From a virus, in the IMG/VR virus record IMGVR_UViG_3300000115_000002, positions 1 to 48,150 of that record: 48,150 bases of DNA. One strand, 5' to 3'. The translations under genes and the position numbers were made by a program. Of this stretch, positions 17,572 to 23,852 are shown piece by piece. Below the pieces are notes generated by a model. The model was not told the origin of the DNA and ran no database searches. It saw nothing but the letters and a program-made list of their open reading frames with translations. Each line of letters begins with the position of its first letter. The stretch's first letter is position 1.

Positions 17572-18147
17572 TTAAAGAGCTTGGAACTGAACTATAAACT
17601 TCACAGTTGTAGCAGCAGTTGCTAAGTCAGCACCAATAGGCGTTAGCCTCGCGTAGAGCGTTCTATCAGCCGCTGAGTACAGAGTTGAGGCAATTACAAT
17701 AGCCTCTGAAGTAGCAGGGCCACCTACAACTCCAGCCGTTACGCTAGTGCTTACGAAAGCATTTGCGCCATGACCATGTGAGTTCTGGATCAGATAAAGA
17801 GGTGCATTAGCTGCCCAAGTGACTGCTGAGCCGCCATCATCAAGGATAGCTTCTGTAGCAATGATTTGACCACCACCAGAAGCAGTACCTAAACTAAAGT
17901 CTACATCGTTACCTGAACCTCCAGCAGTAACAATGTTACCAGCAGGAATAGCAATCAAGTTGCGAATAATTGTTCCAGCTGGTTGTGTGAATGAAACATC
18001 AGTATTAGTATCATCAGTTACTGCAATAGTACCTGTAGTGACTTCTACTTGTGCGCCTACACGTTCTGAAAGACTTCGCACATCAGATGCGACTGCTCCA
18101 TCAGTAACATCTTTGCGAATTTTTACTAACCCTGTAGCTGTTGACAT
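17572..18147 (-). CDS. Hypothetical Gly/Ala/Thr-rich protein (191 aa), compositionally distinct. Possibly an abundant structural or decoration protein.
   Basis: Visibly higher GC than its neighbours, a GAGGAA RBS and its own terminator. No motif was recognised. Confidence 0.5.
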   Translation of the reverse strand: MSTATGLVKIRKDVTDGAVASDVRSLSERVGAQVEVTTGTIAVTDDTNTDVSFTQPAGTIIRNLIAIPAGNIVTAGGSGNDVDFSLGTASGGGQIIATEAILDDGGSAVTWAANAPLYLIQNSHGHGANAFVSTSVTAGVVGGPATSEAIVIASTLYSAADRTLYARLTPIGADLATAATTVKFIVQFQAL

Positions 18148-18174
18148 TTTGTTATTTCCTCATTTAGTTTTTGT

Positions 18175-19866
18175 TTAATATCCGAACTCCGTATCGGAGG
18201 GTGTGTAAGCCTGTTCCCTTCGTAAGTTTCTAAATTGACTGAATATGTCATTTACTTTAGGTCTAGACATAATTAAATATCTTAATGCATCATACGCATG
18301 ATCAGGTGCATGTGTATCTACATCTTCTGGATTAGATCGATCCAGAGGAATACATTGAAGTTCGCGTATCAGGTTAGGGCAGCAGTTAAATATCTGTATC
18401 TTAGGCCTTCCGCTTGGCTGTACTCGCAAGTATTCGTGGATCTGTATTTTTCCTTGTATCCGATTTTTATCGGCCCTACGCAGTTTATGCCCTGCTCTAA
18501 GTAGTGTCTCCCCTACTGTAGGGCCTGTAGTCCCTGTTCTGTTCCATGCGGCAGTATCTAATACGCCTTGAACTGAAAAGGGATCTTGCAATTCCATATT
18601 AATCAATAATTGTGCTAAGTCAACACCAGTTAGATTCTTCTGATATAACTCTCTGTAAATTATCAAAGTTCCATCAGAGGGATCTAAGGCTCCCCAAACA
18701 CAAGCACTCTCTGAAGCGTATCCATAGTCAATACCCTTCACTCTCTCCCAATGCACTGGTATATCAAAAGGTGTAATAACATGAGTCTCTACTTCAAACT
18801 CTGTAAACGCTGCACCCTCTGTAACATCCCAATTACCTTCCAGCAGTTGTTTTCTTTGCACTGGAGGTAGTGCTTTGAGCATCTGCTCATATCTTCCATC
18901 CTTTGCTAGATATGGATTGTCTTCTAATCTAGCAGGAATAAACTTTCTTGACAACCCATCATGGCCTAAAAAAGACTCATTAGGAGGACAAGGATTGATA
19001 TATCTCTTTCTTACCCAGCTTGATCCTGCTCCTCCTGGGTTGGCAGTACATCTCATATAAGGTGTAATATTAGGATCTGTTGTTCTTAAACGAGAAGATA
19101 AATAGTTCCATGCAAACTCTGTTGCAAGGTGTGTAATCTCATCAAAACCAATCCAGCTATAAGCTTGGCCTTGGTAACGATAAACATCTGCATCTCGTTC
19201 AAGGAACCCAAACTCTACCTTAGCTCCACTAGGGAAAGTCCAAACTTTCTCTACTTCCCGAAATCTACATCCTGGAAAAGCTTTTGGATATAATTCTCTA
19301 CTTTTATCTATAAGTTCTCGTAGCTCTGGCATAGATCTTCTGATTACCAAAGCACGATGAGCTTCTTTATGAGCGTACCTAAGCGGATCAACGATCATCG
19401 CATAGGATTTACCACCTCCTGCTGCACCTCCGTAGAGAACGTCTGTTTCAGGTGCTGCTAAGAATTCTGTCTGTGGCCCTTCGTTAGGGCTAAAGATAAC
19501 ATTTTTATTTTCTAATTCTTTTTGTAAAGATTGTGGTAAACTCTCTACAGTATCAGAAGTAACTATCTTACCTTCTTTAGGACTTTCTTTATTATCTATT
19601 TTAAATAATGTAGATCGTGAATTCTTTAATGATACCTTATGAGACTTTAACTTAGCCTCTGCTTTCTTTATAAGTCTTTCTTTACTTTTAACACTTCTAT
19701 TAGCTTTTAATCTTTCTTTAGTTACAGAAGAATAGTTGTATCCTTTAGACTTGACTCCTTTCTTTCGACCGCCTTTCTTCTTAGGCGTTCCATCAACCTT
19801 TAGAATAAACTCTCCGTTAGCATCCTTTAGGTAGTTTTCAGGATTTACTTCCCATTCTTTCTGCAT
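18175..19866 (-). CDS. terL: Terminase large subunit (563 aa)
   Basis: Walker A YGGAAGGGKSY, a downstream ATPase/nuclease-type pattern, and a Lys-rich ~130-aa N-terminal extension. Confidence 0.9.
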   Translation of the reverse strand: MQKEWEVNPENYLKDANGEFILKVDGTPKKKGGRKKGVKSKGYNYSSVTKERLKANRSVKSKERLIKKAEAKLKSHKVSLKNSRSTLFKIDNKESPKEGKIVTSDTVESLPQSLQKELENKNVIFSPNEGPQTEFLAAPETDVLYGGAAGGGKSYAMIVDPLRYAHKEAHRALVIRRSMPELRELIDKSRELYPKAFPGCRFREVEKVWTFPSGAKVEFGFLERDADVYRYQGQAYSWIGFDEITHLATEFAWNYLSSRLRTTDPNITPYMRCTANPGGAGSSWVRKRYINPCPPNESFLGHDGLSRKFIPARLEDNPYLAKDGRYEQMLKALPPVQRKQLLEGNWDVTEGAAFTEFEVETHVITPFDIPVHWERVKGIDYGYASESACVWGALDPSDGTLIIYRELYQKNLTGVDLAQLLINMELQDPFSVQGVLDTAAWNRTGTTGPTVGETLLRAGHKLRRADKNRIQGKIQIHEYLRVQPSGRPKIQIFNCCPNLIRELQCIPLDRSNPEDVDTHAPDHAYDALRYLIMSRPKVNDIFSQFRNLRREQAYTPSDTEFGY

Positions 19867-20086
19867 CTATTATCTTTTTTAATCCTTGATGACTTAGCTT
19901 ACGACCTGTTTGATACTCTAGCCAAGCTGAACCCTCTCTTAAAGAAAGAGTCTTTTCTGAAACTAATCCTTTTATTTCAGATAAGGCTTTAAGTTGCTCA
20001 GGTATTTCATTAAGCATTTTAGGGTTTTCTTCAGATATTTCATAACCAAAAGGAATGACACTACTAAGCTTCTGCCGCCTGTTCAA
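19838..20086 (-). CDS. Small HTH DNA-binding protein (82 aa) between terS and terL
   Basis: IPFGY...SLREGSAWLEYQTGRKLSHQGLKKII resembles the recombinase-domain HTH of serine recombinases. There is no catalytic domain. Confidence 0.4.
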   Translation of the reverse strand: MNRRQKLSSVIPFGYEISEENPKMLNEIPEQLKALSEIKGLVSEKTLSLREGSAWLEYQTGRKLSHQGLKKIIDAERMGSKS

Positions 20087-20450
20087 TTATTATCTCTTCT
20101 TTTGCAGGTAGTATAAATACACCACCTTGAACTTTGTGATTAACATCTAACCTGTCAGTCTTGCCTAGTCCAATACGATCTAGAATAGTTTGGGCTGCTT
20201 GAAGTCGTACATTGGCTTGAGGAACTGGCTGATTAGAATTCATTACCTCTACAAGTTTTAAAGCGGCTTGAGGAGCAGACTCAGCTAATATATTAGAGGC
20301 TAAGTCAATGATCTCATTCTTCAATGATTTCACAACCTGCCAATGATTACCTGAATAACCTGCAAGCTCTGCTGCTTTCTTTGGATCACCCCCTGATTCA
20401 ACAAGATATCCTAAAAAATCTTCTTGTTTCTCTGTCAACTCTTTTTTCAT
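20064..20450 (-). CDS. terS: Terminase small subunit (128 aa from ATG 20450)
   Basis: MKKELTEKQEDFLGYLVESGGDPKKAAELAGYSGN is the typical terS HTH signature. The track start at 20486 is the TTG of a -35 hexamer. Confidence 0.75.
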   Translation of the reverse strand: MKKELTEKQEDFLGYLVESGGDPKKAAELAGYSGNHWQVVKSLKNEIIDLASNILAESAPQAALKLVEVMNSNQPVPQANVRLQAAQTILDRIGLGKTDRLDVNHKVQGGVFILPAKEEIIIEQAAEA

Positions 20451-20457
20451 ACTGGTT

Positions 20458-20486
20458 ATTATAGGGTATAAATGAGGTTTTGTCAA
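20458..20486 (-). promoter_or_regulatory. Perfect sigma70-consensus promoter driving terS and the structural arm
   Basis: On the minus strand: TTGACA (20486-20481), 17 nt, TATAAT (20463-20458). The ATG at 20450 follows 7 nt after the -10. Confidence 0.8.
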
Positions 20487-20497
20487 CTACTTTCTAC

Positions 20498-20526
20498 TTG
20501 ACAAAACCTATTTTCACTACTATAAT
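20498..20526 (+). promoter_or_regulatory. Perfect sigma70-consensus promoter pointing into the non-coding region and early arm
   Basis: TTGACA (20498-20503), 17 nt, TATAAT (20521-20526). Confidence 0.8.
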
Positions 20527-20987
20527 ATTCCTGAACCCACCAGGGTTCACTACCACTTATAGGTAACTTTAAAGTTCCGCAGAAATACTTCGGAGTTGCG
20601 GCCTAAACCTAGTTGACACTCTGAAGTCCTTTGAAATGTTCGTCATTGCTATATATATACGGATAGCCCCCGTGGGCACCTGCGTACCCAGGCGCGTGTG
20701 CGTGTATACTTTAAAGTATTCTATAGTTTACCTAAAAGAATATACTTCAAAGTATTCAATAATCCTCCAAAGTTTCCCTCCAATAATATTCTAAAGATCT
20801 CCGAAGTCTAGTTTACAATTAAATATAAACTCTAATGAGACTCTGTAGTAAAAATTTTACTTCAGAATACTCTATAGGTTTCAATAGCTTCCAGTGTAAT
20901 TGTCGCTGTCCTTTCGGCAAACTGGCCGATCAATGCCAAAAATAAAAAAGTGACCCGTAGGGTCAAAAAATAATTTGAAAAAAAAAT
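20527..20987 (+). promoter_or_regulatory. ~460-nt non-coding control region: palindrome array, GC-rich island and direct repeats. Candidates are an operator array, origin, genome terminus or structured leader RNA.
   Basis: No credible ORF. Seven ACT-N4-AGT-type sites, a 17-nt direct repeat TATACTT(T/C)AAAGTATTC at 20705 and 20741, a GC island at 20661-20705, and a 5' hairpin at 20532-20549. Confidence 0.6.
20941..20965 (-). terminator. Hairpin plus T-run oriented for the minus strand (an orphan terminator-like element)
   Basis: Stem TGACCC / GGGTCA (20951-20956 / 20960-20965) with a 3-nt loop. On the minus strand it is followed by CTTTTTTATTTTT. Confidence 0.4.
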
Positions 20988-21015
20988 TTGACAATCGAAA
21001 AAGCTGTGCTAATTT
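20988..21015 (+). promoter_or_regulatory. Sigma70-type promoter with extended -10 for the first early gene
   Basis: TTGACA (20988-20993), 16 nt, TGcTAATTT (-10 at 21010-21015). Confidence 0.6.
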
Positions 21016-21063
21016 TGAATGGCATCGACGGCATCAGGCCGAAGAGCAATCGGAGTTTTAACT

Positions 21064-21369
21064 ATGACAAATAAATATGATAACATTGATCAGAATAAAA
21101 AAGCATCGTTTCGACAGTATGACTTTACTGTTTATAAATTAACTCTTCCTCTTGCAAAGAAAAGAAGAATAACTGAAAAAACAAAGGAAGGTAAAGTTAA
21201 CCCTAAGTTTAGAGTGCTGAAAGCTAGAGTCGGTGCTAGTTTATCCAAATTCTATGCTGATCAAGATAAATTTCTGACCCATGGCGATGTTCAGAAGTTT
21301 ATTGCTTCTCCAGTAATACCTAAAGAAGTATTGGAGTTAATTGATCTCGATCTTAAAGCAAAGAAGTAA
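21064..21369 (+). CDS. First early protein (101 aa from ATG 21064), basic
   Basis: GGAG RBS (cggagttttaactATG). The track start at 21019 would sit on the predicted transcription start. Confidence 0.55.
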   Translation: MTNKYDNIDQNKKASFRQYDFTVYKLTLPLAKKRRITEKTKEGKVNPKFRVLKARVGASLSKFYADQDKFLTHGDVQKFIASPVIPKEVLELIDLDLKAKK

Positions 21370-21376
21370 ACTATCT

Positions 21377-21405
21377 AGGGAGATGAAATACTCTCCCTTT
21401 TTTTA
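21377..21405 (+). terminator. Rho-independent terminator
   Basis: Stem AGGGAGA / TCTCCCT (21377-21383 / 21392-21398) followed by a T-run. Confidence 0.75.
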
Positions 21406-21421
21406 TCTATCGGAGTATAAT

Positions 21422-21544
21422 ATGAAAAAGTTTAGAAAGCAAAGAAGAGAAGTTATTACTAATAAATACTGGTTATCAATACCTTGGAAGTTAACTGATT
21501 CTCAAAGATATTATATAGGTTTAACAGAGAGTTATTACTTATAA
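21422..21544 (+). CDS. Small early protein (40 aa)
   Basis: RBS cggagtataatATG. The longer track ORF from 21341 would span the terminator hairpin. Confidence 0.35.
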   Translation: MKKFRKQRREVITNKYWLSIPWKLTDSQRYYIGLTESYYL

Positions 21545-21553
21545 ATATATATT

Positions 21554-21578
21554 GGGGTCTTTCGAGGCCCCTAGTTTT
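21554..21578 (+). terminator. Hairpin with UUCG tetraloop, a possible terminator
   Basis: GGGGTCT-TTCG-AGGCCCC followed by TAGTTTT. Confidence 0.5.
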
Positions 21579-21638
21579 ACTTTAATATATATTTATAGAC
21601 ATAACTTGGATCGTGTTTTAATATATATTATTACTGTG

Positions 21639-21667
21639 TTGACATGATTTGGATCGTCGGTCACACT
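21639..21667 (+). promoter_or_regulatory. Weak sigma70-like promoter
   Basis: TTGACA (21639-21644), 17 nt, CACACT. The -35 is consensus and the -10 is poor. Confidence 0.3.
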
Positions 21668-21696
21668 TTGAACAACACAAATCGGAGAGTATATAT

Positions 21697-21996
21697 ATGA
21701 AAGAAAATATCTTAGATCAGTTAACAGACATTCCTTATATTGTAAGGGATCTCGGTCATATCATCGAGCAAATAAAAGAAGTTAAAACTAACATAAATTA
21801 CTATCGGAGTTTGAAAGATCGTGACGGAGTTTATCATAAAGAAATAAATGATTCGAGACATCAAGCATTAGTCCAAGCGATGACCGAATCTCAGGAGTTA
21901 TCTAGAAGATGTAAAGATTATGGTGAGTCCTCATTTTACTTGGGGATTCTTGCTTATTTAAATTCAGACAGATCGGAGAAAGCTGATGAAGATTAA
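21697..21996 (+). CDS. Early hypothetical protein (99 aa)
   Basis: RBS tcggagagtatatatATG. Confidence 0.55.
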   Translation: MKENILDQLTDIPYIVRDLGHIIEQIKEVKTNINYYRSLKDRDGVYHKEINDSRHQALVQAMTESQELSRRCKDYGESSFYLGILAYLNSDRSEKADED

Positions 21997-22186
21997 AATA
22001 GAAACACCATTATATCTAGAATTATATTCCCGGCTTGCCGCTTGGCATGTCGATGATGGTAATTCCTCAATGGTCACTAAAGATTCTAATGGTGACGAAG
22101 TATATACTTCAGGGTATCAAGATAGATTCAACGACGCTGCTGATGAAGTATGTTTTATTTTGGATGAATACTTTGAGAAAATCTAA
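21986..22186 (+). CDS. Early hypothetical acidic protein (66 aa)
   Basis: ORF overlapping the end of the upstream gene. Confidence 0.45.
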   Translation: MKIKIETPLYLELYSRLAAWHVDDGNSSMVTKDSNGDEVYTSGYQDRFNDAADEVCFILDEYFEKI

Positions 22187-22254
22187 AGCTCTTCAGAGTC
22201 CTTTTTATTGTACCCTATGGGTTAGTATTACTTTTACCTTTTGGGATGCTTAGA

Positions 22255-22398
22255 ATGGATTTAAGAGAGTCTGAGAGGCAGTGTAGTCTATGCATAGACA
22301 GTTATAATATACTGTCTATGATTAGGTTAAATCATAATCAGTTTATATGTGCTGGATGCTGGCGCATTAAATTTAAAAAGAAACCAATTATAAAATAA
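22255..22398 (+). CDS. Possible small zinc-ribbon protein (47 aa)
   Basis: My translation is MDLRESERQCSLCIDSYNILSMIRLNHNQFICAGCWRIKFKKKPIIK, a CxxC...CxxC pattern. It is below the track's size cutoff and has a weak RBS. Confidence 0.3.
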   Translation: MDLRESERQCSLCIDSYNILSMIRLNHNQFICAGCWRIKFKKKPIIK

Positions 22399-22411
22399 GG
22401 TGGATCGTGAT

Positions 22412-22675
22412 ATGAGTTTAACTAAGTTGATTGGGTTTGAAGAAGTCAATGATAGTTGTTGTCGTGTTAGTTTACTTGATATGTTTGGTAGAGAAAAGAC
22501 TAAGACGTTTGATTGTATTACCGCCAAGATTCGGCATAGTTATTATTCTTGGAAAGATGGTATGTTAATTCAAGAGGCTTTCCCTTACTTAAATAAATCA
22601 GACCGAGAGTTTTTCTTTTCAGGACTAAGTGATGATGAATGGAATAATATAATGGGGAGTGATGACGATGAGTAG
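22412..22675 (+). CDS. Early hypothetical protein (87 aa)
   Basis: ATG at 22412 preceded by AAGGTGGA. The track start is a GTG 12 nt upstream. Confidence 0.5.
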   Translation: MSLTKLIGFEEVNDSCCRVSLLDMFGREKTKTFDCITAKIRHSYYSWKDGMLIQEAFPYLNKSDREFFFSGLSDDEWNNIMGSDDDE

Positions 22676-23309
22676 GGTGCTAGTCCTTTGTGAGTTTAGT
22701 GATACTGTTACTTCAGCGTTTAGAAGAAAAGGCTGGACAGCAGTATCTAATGATATATTGCCTACTGAAAGTCGAACTGGATTACATATTCAAGGTGATT
22801 GTTTCGAGGCAATTAATACTGCTAGTGAATGGTGGGAAGGTGAAATAGATTTAATTATAATGCATCCACCATGTACAGCATTGTCAGTTAGTGGTAATTC
22901 TACTTATGGTAAAGGCAAAGCTAAACATAACGAAAGAATTAAATCAATAGATTGGACGTTAAGTTTATATTACTTTGCTCAAGGCAAAGCTAAACATGTG
23001 GCGATGGAAAATCCAGTTAATGTTTTACCTGAGAAAGCTACTCAGTTTATTCAACCTTATCAGTTTGGTCATCTTGAACAAAAGAAAACTGGTTTGTGGC
23101 TACACAATTTACCTAAGTTAGTAGATACTTGCAACGTCTATGATAAAATGATGGAGCTACCTAGACAAGAAAGAATGAGACTACATTACTTGCCGCCATC
23201 AGCAGATAGAGGTAAAATAAGATCAATAACTTATGATGGTATTGCTGAGGCTATGGCAGATCAATGGGGGTCTTATATTAATTCATTATCAACAAAGGAG
23301 TGTGCATGA
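22659..23309 (+). CDS. Short DNA (cytosine-5) methyltransferase-like protein (216 aa)
   Basis: Catalytic PPC motif (IIMHPPCTALSVSG), ENP (motif VI) and QPYQFGH...KTGLW (motif VIII). The N-terminus LCEFSDTVTSAF replaces the canonical FxGxG, and there is no obvious target-recognition domain. Confidence 0.55.
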   Translation: MMTMSRVLVLCEFSDTVTSAFRRKGWTAVSNDILPTESRTGLHIQGDCFEAINTASEWWEGEIDLIIMHPPCTALSVSGNSTYGKGKAKHNERIKSIDWTLSLYYFAQGKAKHVAMENPVNVLPEKATQFIQPYQFGHLEQKKTGLWLHNLPKLVDTCNVYDKMMELPRQERMRLHYLPPSADRGKIRSITYDGIAEAMADQWGSYINSLSTKECA

Positions 23310-23578
23310 AAAATTTAGTTTTACTTTTAGCAATTATTATATCTTCTGGCTGTACTTGGTATGCAGAATTTGAGCATGTCTCAAGTATTCCTAATGGGAA
23401 TCCTTTCAACGATAGAAAAGAAACTTCTGTCGATGCTATATGGTCGGGGATTAGAGCAGAGAAGGATGGATGGTATATTGATTCGGCTGTTGGTTGGGAT
23501 ACATCAGGTGAATATGAAGGCAGAAATCCTTACGGAAGATTCAAAGTCGGTAAAGAAATAAAGACTTGGCAGAAATGA
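23306..23578 (+). CDS. Early-expressed lipoprotein (90 aa)
   Basis: AAGGAG RBS. The signal peptide MKNLVLLLAIIISSGC has a lipobox Cys. Confidence 0.65.
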   Translation: MKNLVLLLAIIISSGCTWYAEFEHVSSIPNGNPFNDRKETSVDAIWSGIRAEKDGWYIDSAVGWDTSGEYEGRNPYGRFKVGKEIKTWQK

Positions 23579-23636
23579 TAGAGTTTTCAATTGGATTTAT
23601 AATCGGTTATTTAATTTGTAAATATGGAGATTAAAA

Positions 23637-23852
23637 ATGGCACATAAATATATATTTAGCGAAATACCTAACGATGATGAAGGTCGTCTATTAGTTAAAC
23701 TAATGAGAAAACATTTGAATCGTGAAGGGTACAGGTTAAAACTGAGGGGTCAGTACCTAAAAGATGGGTTAAACTGGAGATTATATACTCATGGTCAACC
23801 CATTAGTAAAAGTAAGAACCTAAGAATCTATATAGAACCTAAAGAACTATAG
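23637..23852 (+). CDS. Early hypothetical basic protein (71 aa)
   Basis: ORF with a GGAG RBS. Confidence 0.5.
   Translation: MAHKYIFSEIPNDDEGRLLVKLMRKHLNREGYRLKLRGQYLKDGLNWRLYTHGQPISKSKNLRIYIEPKEL

Noticed and set aside
20451-20486. The 12-codon N-terminal extension of terS from the track start at 20486.
   Set aside because: The start codon is the TTG of the -35 hexamer TTGACA, and the extension covers the whole promoter. ATG 20450 is the sensible start.
20613-20618. A third TTGACA hexamer in the control region, considered as a promoter.
   Set aside because: No acceptable -10 lies 16-18 nt downstream (ATGTTC).
20635-20790. Possible ~50-codon ORF starting at ATG 20635 inside the non-coding region.
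   Set aside because: It has no RBS, runs through the GC island and the repeats, and gives an implausible hydrophobic, low-complexity translation.
20527-21018. Search for a tRNA, or a retron- or CRISPR-like element, in the long intergenic region.
   Set aside because: I could not recognise a cloverleaf with a T-arm (GTTC-type) motif, repeat-spacer structure or adjacent RT by eye. A tRNAscan/Infernal run is still advisable.
21019-21063. Track start at 21019 for the first early ORF, and at 21341 for the second.
   Set aside because: 21019 lies at the predicted transcription start of the 20988 promoter. The 21341 version spans the terminator hairpin. Internal ATGs at 21064 and 21422 have GGAG ribosome-binding sites.
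22035-22527. ORFs 22035..22253 (+) and 22327..22527 (-).
   Set aside because: One is an out-of-frame overlap with 21986..22186. The other is antisense to the early arm. Neither has an RBS or recognisable features.
23361-23561. ORF 23361..23561 (+).
   Set aside because: It is nested out of frame within the lipoprotein gene.
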